Source of the DNA: Centroscyllium fabricii
Taxonomy: Eukaryota
Reading direction: 5' to 3'
NCBI GenBank assembly: GCA_051313645.2
Contig: JBNRSN020000014.1
Location: 65,348,001-65,412,000, forward strand
Length of the DNA stretch: 64,000 bases
This document shows positions 49,488-61,699 of the stretch, piece by piece. Under the pieces are notes generated by a model. That model did not search any database, was not told the origin of the DNA, and worked only from the letters and a program-made list of their open reading frames with translations. The stretch's first letter is position 1. Every line of letters starts with the position of its first letter. The translations under genes were made by a program, and so were the position numbers.

Positions 49488-51295
49488 TTAAGTTAGTGCG
49501 TATAAAAATAGGAGGTTGGAGCAGATGAATGCGTGGCTGGAGAGATGGTGCAGGAGGGAGGGCTTCCGATTCCTGGGGCACTGGGACTGGTTCTGGGGGA
49601 GGTGGGCCTGTACAGGCCGGATGGATTGCACCTCAACAGAGCCGGGACCAATATCCTCACAGGGGCAGGTTTGCCAGTGCTGTTGGGGAGGGTTTAAACT
49701 AATTTGACAGGGGAATGGGCACCAGGATATAGCATTAGCAAGGAGATACAAGGTGCAGAAAGGATTGGGAGAGACAGATAGCACTAGAGTCAGAAATAGT
49801 ACGGTATTAGGTGGGGTCAGCCTAAGAGAGAATACAAGAAAGTCTAAGACAGGTTTACAGTGCATGTGTGTAAATGCGTGCAGCGTGGTAAATAAGGTTA
49901 GTGAGCTGCAGGCGCAGATACCCACATGGGAATATGATGTCATGGCGATAACGGAGACCTGGCTCATAAAATGGCAGGATTGGGCACTATATATTCCTGG
50001 ATATAAGGTGTTCAGGAAAGATATGGAAGAAAAGGAAGCAAGTGGGGTGGCAGTATCGATTAAGGAGAATATTACAGTGCTGGAGAGAGAGGATGTCCTG
50101 GAGGGGTGAAGGACAGAATCTATTTGTTTAGAGTTAAGAAATAATGGCTCAGAAATTCCGGTCGCCCCGGGTGAGTACGCGCTGGGTACTCACACGTGGG
50201 CCCATCCAAAGTGCTGGTTTCTGGCATGCACAGCACATGCGCGCGAAACCGGCACTTCCAATCCCTTGAAAGAAGGGGTCAGGGGTCGGAACGCGTGTGC
50301 GTGCACGGCAGCAGGTGCGCAACGCACTTGCGATTTTTTTTACAGTTTTTAATCCGGGTAAGTATGTAGAAAGATACAGCTCCTATTTTCAAGCGCAAAG
50401 ACCCCTTTTCAGAAGGTAAGTGGTGATTTAATTCAATTTAAAAACATTTTGCCACAGGTTTTTCATTTTTAAATACTTCAAAGAAAGGTAAGTTGATTTT
50501 TAGCCCTGTTAAATACTTTAATTATTTTTTTCAAAATTTTTAATTTTTGTTTAAAATAGCTAATTTATGTAATTTAAAAAAATGTGATTTTAAAAAAATT
50601 ATTTTAATATTTACTGAGGTTTTGGGGCTTGTAGTTTTCATAAGTTTGACACGTCTTCCTGTCAAATTTATGAATGGAGCATTCTGTGCTCCAATTGGCT
50701 CTCCGTGGCCCACGTGATTCCGTGTGAAGCCTCGCACTATCTTCGCCGCTTGGATCCGGGAACGTGGCGAGCTGGCACTTCAGGAAGGCCCCGCATCAGG
50801 ATTCCATGCGGGGCCACAGCTCACCAGCCGGCGCGCTAGGTAAGTGTAGGTTGGAGGCTTGCACTCGCGGGAAGCCTCCAACCCAAATTTCTGGGCCAAT
50901 AGAGGTGCCATTACACTATTAGGTGTAGAAGAGTAAATTTGCAGGGAAATTACAGCAAGGTGCAAAAACTATAGAGCAGTGATAATGGGGGACTTCAACT
51001 ATCCTAATATAGATTTGGATATTTATAATGCAAAGGGCAAAGAGGGGGAAGAATTTATGAAGTGTGTTCAGGAGAACACTGCTGATCAGTATATTTTCGG
51101 CCCAACAAGGAACCAGGCATTGCTGGATCTGGTTCTGGGGATTGAGGTGAGCCAAGTGGAACAAGTGTCAGTAGGGGAAAATTTAGGGAACAGTGATCAT
51201 AAGGTTTAGATTAACTGTGGAAAAGAACAGGGAGCAATCTAGAGTAAAAATACTTAATTCGAAGAAGGCCAATTTCAGTGAGTTGAGAATGGATT
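49488..51295 (+). mobile_element. CR1 fragment: ORF1 esterase C-terminus and ORF2 AP endonuclease, split by a MITE
   Basis: NAWLERWCRREGFRF; CMCVNACSVVNK...AITETW; MGDFNYP; LGNSDH. Confidence 0.85.
50146..50897. mobile_element. Harbinger-type MITE
   Basis: TIR GGC(T/C)CAGAAATT, TSD AAT. Confidence 0.88.
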
Positions 51296-51299
51296 GAGT

Positions 51300-52085
51300 G
51301 ATTGGCGGAGGGGGGAGGGAGTCATGCATTGAGAAGTGTGTGAGGCTAGTGGTGCAGTTGGCAGGAGACGACTTTTGAAGATACAGTCACTGACCTTGAC
51401 CACTGGTCTGAGGTCATGAAGCTTCTTTGGGCACTGGAGCCAGGTGGTGGGGGCGACACTGCTGCCAATGATGGCCTCAGTGACTTGGTTCTACAACCTT
51501 CTTTCTAGAGTGCCTCCTGGTCCCTGTGAGTAGAGGACTTCTCTTGCAGTGTTGATCCCCTGCACAAAGCTGGTGTGTTGCGTGCAAGACCCTGGGTGCC
51601 CTTTACCTGGCTTGCTGAGCCATTTGTGTTAGTGCTGAAGTACTTTCCCCATTTTTTTATGTGCGGAAGGCAATTCAGCTTTAAGGGCTGGAGACTCCCT
51701 ATTGGGAATTCTTTTTAATGTAAATTTTTTTCAGAATGCAGTTGAGCTGTAAGGGCTAAAAACTGCCTAATTTTAAATGATTTAAAATGTTTTTCATTCA
51801 GAAGGCAGTTCCCCTTTAAGGGACCGCAGTGCTTTTTGAAATGGCAGCCTTGCTTTAAGAGAAGGCTGATCGTGCTACAATGATGCTATGGCCACGCTAC
51901 ATTGGGCTTCCTCCTGGGACTAATGGCATGACAACGGTCTGCACAGTGAGATTAGCGCTGGGCTAATGTTAATTAGCAACCATCATAAATATCCCGGTCC
52001 TGCCAGCGCCATCAATTTCGGCGGCTGTTAACTCCGGCCTGCGCTGGCACCGGCAGGTTTTTTAGCATTCTCGAATTTCTAGACC
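51300..52085 (-). mobile_element. Degraded Harbinger end with Myb exon-1 remnant
   Basis: Minus-strand KKLHDL...VVK remnant near 51395-51430; terminal AATTTCTAGACC. Confidence 0.5.
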
Positions 52086-52556
52086 AAAGTATTTCCATTT
52101 AGTTTCCAGGTAGGTAGTTACGGGCTTCAGTCAAGCAGTGGAATTAGCTGATATGTCCATTTGGTTGGTAAATGAGTTGAAAACTTTCAAACCACTGTCT
52201 AATCTGACCTAGAATCTTTTGTACTTTTGATGTCACAGGACATAATTCCATGCATATCATTTCAAAGCGAGCAGTTAAAATGCTTTACTTAGTCCAAGAT
52301 TATACTTCTAATGAAATTCGACGTTCACAGACACCTGCGTTTCAATTTGAGACTGGGATTTCACCCATATGCAGTGTAGAGATAACATTAGCACAGTCTC
52401 TGTGATGCCAGTTTCACTTGACCATTGAGCCAGAAACCAGAATCAAGGAACTGGGGTTAGTATTTCTTGCACATACCAGATAGGGGTCAGATAGGGGTCA
52501 GCTGGTGTCAACACCTTTCAAGATCTCAGCAACAGATGCAAAGTTTAGTGACTAAT

Positions 52557-53372
52557 GGGCCAGGTTTTCCTCTGTGCCGGTTAGTGCGTGCGCTAGGACC
52601 CTGTGGACACCTAATTGCACGCACCAACATCGCACAGAAGCTTCACCCTCAATTTCCTCCCCGTTCCTGCGCTGTGTGGCAGTCCAGCCACGCTAGGTGC
52701 GCAGTGTATGCCCCGCCCACAGATCCCAAATTTAAATTAAAAACGCCCCCAGATCCCTAATTTAAATTTAAAAATGCGCACAGATCCCGAGTCGGACCTT
52801 TGTGAGAGCAGACTCGGCGGGGGAGCAGCGCGGGCACAGCAGCTTCTCAGAGGAAGAAACGGAAGGTAAGTCTCCCATTTTGTCCTCTTAGATTTTTTAA
52901 TAGCTAGAGAGTTAAAAATTTCAGAAATTTAACTTTAAAAATTAGCGATTTGAAACAGGTAAATTAACTTAAAATCGGATTTGTAATAAAAAAAAAACAA
53001 CTTTAACTTAAAAATTTAACGCTACCGATCTGGCCACATTACTCCCAAAAACTGTAAAAAATTAAAATTAAAGTTAAAAAATTAACTTACCTGCTTTAGT
53101 AACTAAATCTTGTCCCTCATGCATGAGTTTACTACTGGTTTTTCTGGGTGCAGCTTGTGAGCCAGTTACACACGGAATCACTCTCCAAAAATCACCCGTT
53201 CTGACAGGAAATCGTCAGTGCAAGGTCTTCATGCGTTGGATGCTGACGGGCCTTAAAAATCAGCACAGGAAATTTCCGTTCGTGGGCATCCCCCGTGCTG
53301 CACACCCACGGGGCATTTCGGACCCCCCTTCGTGAGTGTGCAGCTCCTCTGGCGCACAGGAAAACCTGGCCC
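52557..53372. mobile_element. Harbinger-type MITE
   Basis: 15-bp perfect TIR GGGCCAGGTTTTCCT, TSD AAT. Confidence 0.9.
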
Positions 53373-53850
53373 AATATTTTCTAATTAACTTAAAAATGTC
53401 AGAAATGGATTTACAGGGCTTTGCAGCTATGATATATTTAGAATTTCTGATATTTCTCACTGGATTTCTTAACCCTCAGGACTATGACATTTTAAACTGC
53501 GGATAGCAACATTAGAAATAGTCCTGTAAGAAAACATGCCTTCATAGCTCGGTCAGGAAAATGTCTTTTGAGAACGTAATCGTTATTTATACTGCAAGAA
53601 GTATGATATCTATCCATTTTGACACCGTTGCCATAAGATCCATTATTTGTACTCATGTGACAGCTGTGGCTCAGTGGGTAGCACTCTCTAGGTGGGAGGG
53701 GCTAGGAGTGAGTAGGTGTTACTGGTTGCCTGATTGCTGCAGGGAGTTAGAGTGAGTTTGTAAAAAGTTGTTGGTGTTTTTCTTTCAGGTTTCAGGGCCG
53801 TTTTGGCCCATAAACAACAGCCTATGGCTGCTGAAGGGTCCGGAGTGACG

Positions 53851-54645
53851 GTGAGGTAATGCATTTCGGTAGATCTAACATGGCAAGGGAATACACCATG
53901 AATGGTAGGACGCTGGGGAAGGCAGAGGATCAGAGGGACCTTGGTGTGCAGGTACATCGGTCCCTGAAGGCAGCAGGACAGGTGGATAAGGTGGTTAAAA
54001 AGGCATATGGGATACTTGCCTTCATTAGCCGAGACACAGAATATAAGAGCAGGGAGGTTATGATGGAGCTGTACAAAGCGCTAGTAAGGCCACAGCTGGA
54101 GTACTGTGTGCAGTTCTGGTCGCCACACTATAGGAAGGATGTAATAGCTTTGGCGAGGGTGCAGAGGAGATTCACCAGGATGCTGCCTGGGCTGGGGAGC
54201 CTCAGCTATGAAGAGAGACTGGACAGGCTGGGGTTGTTTTCCTTGGAGCAGAGGAGGCTGAGGGGGGACCTGATTGAGGTATACAAAATTATGAGGGGAA
54301 TAGATAAGGTGGATGGAGTGGAACTTTTTCCCTTGGTTGAGGGGTCAATAACTAGGGGGCATAATTTTAGGGTAAGGGGCAGGAGGTATCGTGGGGATGT
54401 GAGGAAGAACTTTTTCACCCAGAGGGTGGTTGGAGTCTGGAACTCACTGCCTGAGAGGGTGGTAGAGGCGGGAACCCTCACAACATTCAAAAAGCATTTG
54501 GATGAGCACTTGAAATGCCACAGCATACAAGGCTACGGACCAAATGCGGGAAAATGGGACTAGTATAGACTGGGATTGATGGGCGGCACGGACGCGATGG
54601 GTCGAAGGGCCTCTTTCTGTGCTGTATTACTCTATGACTCTATGA
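53851..54645 (+). mobile_element. 5'-truncated CR1
   Basis: QRDLGVQVH, RPQLEYCVQFW, FFTQRVV; (ACTCTATG)n tail. Confidence 0.92.
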
Positions 54646-55104
54646 CATCGCTCGGAGCTGCAAGGCAGAGAGCTGTGGGGTGTGTGACAAAGGCCCCACC
54701 CGCTGTGAGTGTGAGGCAGAAGGACATTCTGTGAGTGATGAGGAGATGGGAGAAGGAGCAGGAGGTATGAGTGGAACGGCCGGAGGAGCGGAGCAGTCGG
54801 AGGACACAGCTGGTAAATTGAAGGAGAAAAGAGCACAGGAAGAGGCAGAAAATTGTGGAGCAGAGAACAGGATGGAGATGGTGGAAAACACACCAAGTAC
54901 AGTGGAAAAGAACAAAGACAGCAGAGGGCAGCAAGGGCCTCGTGCAGACTTGCACCCCAATACGGTTCAGCTCTCCCAAAAGAATCTGGTGTCCGCGGGG
55001 GGAGAGGAGGCAGGAGTTGGTTGCGTGGTAAATGTAAGTACTCCAAAGAAAGACGGGGAGTCAGATATTGAGGGAGCTGGGACTCTTGTGGGCATAATCT
55101 TAAA

Positions 55105-55870
55105 ATAAAGGGCTCCCATTTTAAAACTGAGATGAGGGGGAACTTCTTTACTCAGAGGGTGGTGCGGCTGTGGAATTTGCTACCACAGAGAGCTGTAGAA
55201 GCTACTACGTTGAATAAATTTAAAACTGAGATAGACAGTTTCCTGGAATTAAAGGGAATTAGGGGTTATGGTGAACGGGCTGGTAAGTGGACGTGAGGCT
55301 AGGTTGAGATCGGCCATGTCTGGTTTTTCATCTCTCCCAGGTGATTACATTGGTTGGGGCGGGGTAGAGAGTAAAAATAAAATTGAGGCTAGGATCAGAT
55401 CAGCCATGATCTTATTGAATGGCGGAGCAGGCTCGAAGGGCCGATTGGCCTACTCCTGCTCCTACTTCTTATGTCCTTATGTTCTTATGTTCTCTTCTCC
55501 CTGGAGCGGAGAAGGAAGAGGGGGGACTTAATAGAGATGTTCAAGATGATGAAGGGGATCGATAGAGTAAACGTGCAGAGACTGTTTCCCCGGGTGGGAA
55601 GAACGACAACAAGAGGGCACGAGCACAAGATTCAAGGAGGAAGATTCAGAAGGGATGGCAGGGGCAAGTTCTTTACACAGAGAGTGGTCGGGGAGTGGAA
55701 TAGGCTACCATCTGAAATAGTGGCTGTGGACAGTCTGGGAGCTTTTAAAAGGATGATAGATAGGTACATGGAGGGGAAGGAAGAGTAGGGGGGACAGGAA
55801 AAATCGGAGACGGACTAAGCGCGGCACTACATTGAGGGCCCAAGGGCCTGTACAGTGCTGTATGTTCTAT
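55105..55870 (+). mobile_element. Two tandem CR1 3' ends (55105-55490, 55490-55870)
   Basis: Match the CR1 subfamilies at 25197 and 38467 respectively. Confidence 0.85.
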
Positions 55871-58641
55871 CTCAGCGAGCAGGAGGGGGAAAGACAAGGA
55901 GAGGGTGCAAAGGCAGGAGCCTTAAAAGAGCAGCAGGACGGGAGCGGTGAGACAAAGACAGCAGAAGGGGGCAATATAGGTGCGCCATTGTCCCAGAGAG
56001 TGAAGGATCAGGGAGCAAAGGTCAGAGGTGGAGACGAGATCGAAGGGAGCGGCACTGTTGGAGAAACCGTAATAGCAGGAAGACTCGCTGTGCGAGATGA
56101 TGTATCTGATAGGGAGCAGGATTATGTCTCTGATGGGGAGCAGGCACAGAGGGTTACAGAAGAGCTTGAGAGTGAGGAATTAGAGGGGGACAGAGACATG
56201 GAAGTGGGGGGTGGCCATGGCATCATGTGGAAAGGGAAAGGTTAGTGAGGGGCAGAAGGAGGGAGAAAAGGCAACTCCTTGGCCCAAGCTTAATGCAAGG
56301 ATGAAGCTGAAACAGCAGGGAAGGTTCAAACAGGAGGTGAAAAAGAGTCGGAGGCTGCAAGAAAAACCACAGCTGGCCGAAAAGATGGGAAGGAGCATGA
56401 GAGGAGGGAAGGGCCAGAGATTAAATGATAGGGAGATTATCAGGCATACTTCCCTTCTTCGGAGCCATGATTACACTGGTCTCGATTAATGTGAACGGAC
56501 TGAGTGATAAGAAGAAATTGCAGCAGTTGTTGCAGGGTTTTAAAGGCACGAACTTGTTGTGTCTGCAATAAACCTTTTGGGATGAGGATATCTTAGAAAG
56601 AGTTCAGAATGTTTGGAAGGGAGAGGTGTTTGCAAGTTGTACAAACAATAACCGTAGAGGGGTGGCTGTTTTGGTGAGTGCGTCCATAAAAGAGAATGTT
56701 TCCTTGGTGGACAAGGACACTGAGGGGAGATTTTTATGGCTAAGGGTAAAAATGGAGGAATTTAATTGCGATCTCTTTAATATCTGCACCGAACGACCAT
56801 TGGAAGAGTCGCAAGTTTTTTCGGGGAAGTGACAGAGGTGGAAAATCGTTGTATAGTAGGGAATTTGATTTGAGGAAAAATCCTTTAGAATCAAATGGGT
56901 GAAGAGATTTCTTCAGAAGTAAAATACAAGTTTTTGGAAGAGTTTTGAGCATTTTTTTTAAATGAAGTGGGATAGGAGGGCAGGGGATATTGTATATGGA
57001 ATACAATAATATGTTTTTGAAATCAATTAATCTTCTCCCTGTATTGTTTTCTATGTGGATTCAACGACGACACATTGATGAAGGAGAATGTTTTTTAATC
57101 AAACGTATGTTCAAGTAACTTACTGATTTACATGAGGCTTTATCAGGGACACTCCATCTTAGAGATCAATCCTATACTGCAACTAAACTAACTTGCTTCT
57201 TGTCACATGCCCTCTGCTGGTAAGGCATAGATAATCAAACAGGCAAATATGATCACCATTTGCTGATATCATTACATCTCCCTTTCTTAAAACAAAAGTA
57301 TCTTACTTTTAACTAACCACATGTTTTCTTTGTATTACTCTGCAATTCTAACTGTAACACTTAATGAACTTACATTTTCATTCTTATTATCATTATTAAG
57401 GTTTTTTAACCTTGTTTTGTGTGTTCGCATGAAATATGTAAATACACTAGAACCTGAAGAGCGAATAAGATAACACTACTTCATTCTATAACAAGTGTCC
57501 TTAAATTTGCTCTATGAGTCTCTCAGGAGGCTTCACGTGCCTTGAAGATCTTCTGATTGATTGTCCTTGAGTCTGAGTTGTTGCCTCAGATGATGGGTTC
57601 TCAGCTGTGTAATCAGGTTGTTCAACAGTATCAGTCTTTTGACCTGCGGTGGCTGGTCCCATGAGAAGATCCCAATGATTTCTTTGAAGAACAGCACCTT
57701 CATCTGTCTGAATGGTGTATGATCTTGGTTGGACTTCACGAAGGACAGATCCCTTCTGAGTCCATGTGTTTGTTTTGGCTTTGAGCCTTACTTGGTCACC
57801 AGTGTGGAGTTCAGGTAGGTTTTGTGTTCCTCTGTCAAAGTAATACTTTTGCTTTTCTTTCTGTTGTTCTTTGAACTTCCTCACTTTCTCCCCTTCTTTT
57901 GTTTTCAGGAGGTTCTCCGGGATGGGTAGGTTTGATCTTAGCATACGTCCCATAAGGAGTTGGGCTGGTGACATACCACACTCGAGCGGCGTTGTGCGGT
58001 ATACCAGCATGCTCTGGTAGAATTCAGTTCCACTGACTTTTGCCTTGTACATCAGTCTTTTCACTGTCTGGACTGATTTTTCCACTAGTCCATTGGACTG
58101 TGGAAAATGAGGACTTGACGTTGTGTGGACAAAGTCCCACTCCTTGGCAAAGTGTCGGAAACTTGAATTGCAAAACTGTGGTCCATTGTCTGTGAAGACC
58201 TCGCTTGCCACACCATGTCTGGAGAATATGGCTTTCATACATGTTATCACAGCATCTGCAGTGGTGGTGTACAGTCTACAAACCTCTGGATACAGGGAGT
58301 AATAGTCTGTGACTACAAGATAGTCCTTCCCTTGACATACGAATAGGTCAGCGCCTACCTTCTGGTAAGGTCGGTCTGGTGCTGGGTGTGGCTTTAGTGG
58401 TTCTGCAGGATTGCTTGCTTGATATTTCCGGCATATTGTGCAGTTTGACACCTCATTTGTCACATCATGGTTGATTCGTAGCCAGTACATCACCTCTCGT
58501 GCTCTTTTCTTACACTTTTCAATTCCCAGATGACCTCCATGGATCCTTTTTAGCATCTCTTTTCTCAGACTCTTTGGGATAACTATTTTACTTCCTTTGT
58601 AGTTGATGTCTTTGACCACTGATAGTTCCAACCTGCAGTAC

Positions 58642-58908
58642 TGACGTATCGTCAATCAAACACGAAAGACAAGTAGTTACCCAAACTACAGGCTTTTATT
58701 CACTTACAGTGGAGCTAGTCTCCTGTCGAGTTCAAGGCGAGAATGAGTGGGGGCAGGGCAGTCCTCACCTATATGCTCCCACCTGAGGGGAGGAGTTAGA
58801 GGTGGGGCTGACCTGGCCTTGCATACAATGTACAGTGTCAAAGGTGAGCACATCCATATATACACTGGTAATACGGTTACTATATACACTGGTAATACGG
58901 TTACCACA
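58642..58908 (-). mobile_element. Solo LTR (subfamily C)
   Basis: TGTGGTAAC...GATACGTCA on minus; TSD AGTAC; internal 24-bp tandem duplication. Confidence 0.92.
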
Positions 58909-59082
58909 AGTACTCTGCAATGTCAGGAGAGCAGTCTTGCTTCATGTTGGGCCATCCATCCAAGATGTTTTTTCTCAGTCGTTTCAGTGTTTCATCTTTG
59001 TTTGTCTCAGTCTTTATGAGCTCCATTTTTGCATCTGCTATGGTCAGTGCACTTGTGATCATGTCTACGTAGGCGTTCACGT

Positions 59083-59349
59083 TGACGTATCGTCAATCAA
59101 ACACGAAAGACGAGTAGTTACCCAAACTACAGGCTTTTATTCACTTACAATGGAGCTAGTCTCCTGTCGAGTTCAAGGCGAGAATGAGTGGGGGCAGGGC
59201 AGCCCTCACCTATATGCTCCCACCTGAGTGGAGGAGTTAGGGGTGTGGCTGATCTGGCCTTGCATACAATGTACAGTGTCAAAGGTGAGCACATCCATAT
59301 ATACACTGGTAATACGGTTACTATATACACTGGTAATACGGTTACCACA
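59083..59349 (-). mobile_element. Solo LTR (subfamily C), second copy
   Basis: Near identical to 58642-58908; TSD CACGT/CACGC. Confidence 0.9.
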
Positions 59350-60140
59350 CACGCCTTCATCCATTTTGGTGTTTGCGGGCTCTCTTGGGTCAACAGCTCT
59401 AGACAACGTGTCTGCTGTGTACATCAGTTTACCCGGAGTGTATGCAACATTCAGTCTATAGCGTTGCAGCCTGATCATCATTCTTTGTATTCTAAGCGGA
59501 CAGACATTTAGTGTCACCCCGAGCTGGCATTTCTCTCTATTCAGTTTCAGGTTTGTTTTCCTTGTTGCTTCCAGCACTTTTTTCAGTCTCTCGTCATGCT
59601 CAGTTCTCATGGTTCCCCATACTATGATGCCATCCATTGAGGTAGCAACTCCCTCCAGGTGCTCATATGGATAGTTTTGTGATACACTTCAGGAGCTGAG
59701 GCAATGCCAAATGGTAACCTTAGGAATCTGTATCTGCCAAATGGACCATTGAATGTGCACAGTCATGAACTTACCTCGTCCAGTTTCAACTGCCAACATC
59801 CTGATGATGCATCTTACTTGCTGAAATACTTTGCATTTGCAAACTGTGACATGATTCCCTCACGTGTCGGAAGCTTGAAGTGATCTCTCTTTATTGCTCT
59901 GTTTAGATCTCTTGGAATTATCGGGTTCCCCGAATGTTGAGCTTCCCACATGAATCTAAATGGGTCTGTGAGATGGATGCAATTTTAACTCAATTGGCCA
60001 ATTGATTTCCAGCATGTGGGAACCCTTGGCAATTGAGTATTTCCAGTCAGAAAGTTGCAGAATATGATGTCAGCATTGCTGCTGCTTTTAAGGTTCACAG
60101 CAAGCCTTGCTTCTTCTGCAGGCTTCCAAGCGTACCACCT

Positions 60141-61175
60141 ATGATGGCACAGGAGCCTGCAGGAGTTATGGCCAGCGGGAGGGCAAGAGCTGCACCCAAA
60201 TTTGACGAGGCATTACTGGATGGGGCTAGGGCTCACAGGGAGGACCTGTTCCCTTCTTCAGGGAGGAAGAGGCCTCCCACTGAGACCAAGGCTGCTTGGC
60301 TACAGGTGGCTGGGGAAGTCAACTCCTTGGGCCTCACAAGGCGCACCTGGGTGCAGTGCAGGAAAAGATTCCATGACCTTCATCGCACTGGAAAAGTAAG
60401 TATGAAGTTTCCATCACCCTCAATCTGATCCCCATTGCCCTTCCTCACCAGCACTCAGCTTCAGCAATCTCTTCCTCCACATCCCACTTCACACTCACAT
60501 CCATGCACCCTTACCCATTCCCTCTCTCTATGCTCACAATCACATAACTATTCCACCATGCAGCCCTCACACTCCCTCTCACTCTGATGCTTTGAACACA
60601 ACTGACAACACACAGGGAGGGCTCTTGGTCTTGCAACCTCACTCCATCTTTGTCTCCCTCTAAGTATCTATGCTATGCAATCTCCACACTCACTCTTTCA
60701 TTCTCACTCAAACTCCACTTGTCTCCCTCATTGCAGGAAAAGAGAGCTCACAACAAAAGAGAGTGAGCCAGGACAGGAGGAGGCCCACCCTCAATAGCCC
60801 ACCTGACCCTCTGGGAGGAAGCCATCCTGGAGATAGTAGGGGCTGATGCAGCTGCGGAAGTTGGGGAAGGAGAGACAGGTGCTTCCCCGCAAGCTGGTGA
60901 CAGAATAGTTTTCCATCTCTCTCATTGACATTGCATGAGTCGCTGATAATAATTCTGAAGCTACATCATATGGACTTATGATCATCTGCAAAATGCAATG
61001 TGCATGTAACCATGGCATCACATCTCTAACTTGTTCCATTACTCCCCCACAGGACCATCGAGAGCCCCTGTCCCCACTGTGGAGGAGGAAGAGGCTGAGC
61101 AGCCAGACACCTCAGAGGAAGCTGCAACCTCTGAGGGCGCAGCGTCAGCAGAATTCAGCGCACCCAGCACCACCG
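60141..61175 (+). pseudogene. Harbinger Myb/SANT gene, second copy of the 16200 family (exons 60141-60395, 60737-60896, 61053-~61175)
   Basis: AWLQVAGEVNS...RTWVQCRKRFHDL; colinear with ~16010-17240. Confidence 0.88.
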
Positions 61176-61199
61176 CAATCATAGGTTCCGCACTCATGA

Positions 61200-61690
61200 G
61201 GATGGTCTCAACCGGGAACTTGGCTTCATGTCACACTACATGTAACCCCACCTGACGTTGGGTCATCCAGACTCAAGTCGTCGTTGGCTTGTTCTCTCTA
61301 CACAGATGTGGCTGGACCTGCTGTGATTTCCAGCAAATCATTTTTATTTCATTTTATTTTTTACTGCTTGTTTGTTTTTTGTTTTTCATATGGCATGTGC
61401 AACATTTGACCTCTTGTGATCCCACCACATTGTTCTTTGTTGGAATGTTTTGCTGACTGACCTGTTTGGACACCATTTACACCTATGATTGCGGTGATTA
61501 TCTCTCTGCCGAGGTGTGATAAAGGGCAGTTAGAAAAATTACCTGTAATCATCTAGCATTGTTCTCTGACTATATATGCTGTGCCTATGTGCATTTCTTC
61601 ACTTCACCTGATGAATGAGTAGTGCTCCAAAAGGTTGTGATTTCAAATAAAACTGTTGGACTATAACCTGGTGTTGTGTGACTTCTTACA
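61200..61690 (+). mobile_element. Penelope-related 3' repeat with degenerate hammerhead motif
   Basis: CCTGATGAATGAGTAGTGCTCCAAAAG...AATAAAACTGTTGGACTATAACCTGG at 61607-61670. Confidence 0.5.
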
Positions 61691-61699
61691 CTGATCTAT

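Larger units (their letters stand above)
53690..56830 (+). mobile_element. Tx1/L1-clade non-LTR element remnant, interrupted by three CR1 pieces
   Basis: ORF1 start MAAEGSG (53824); knuckle remnant IARSCKAESCGVCDK..CEC (~54646); acidic linker; ORF2 endonuclease from 56467 MITLVSINVNGL...LCLQ*T...RGVAVLV...DTEGRFL. Confidence 0.7.
57045..59915 (-). mobile_element. Gypsy (Mag/K02A2.6-like) 3' portion with 3' LTR
   Basis: LTR ~57045-57276, PPT AAGAAAGGGAGA; IN 57501-58640 (IHGGHLG...CTIC, GADLF, FTDNGPQF); RH/RT remnants (RIQRMMIRLQRY, RFLRLPFG). Confidence 0.88.

Noticed and set aside
58642-59349. TRIM (LTR-short internal-LTR mini element)
   Set aside because: Each LTR has its own TSD, and the spacer is host pol sequence without PBS or PPT.
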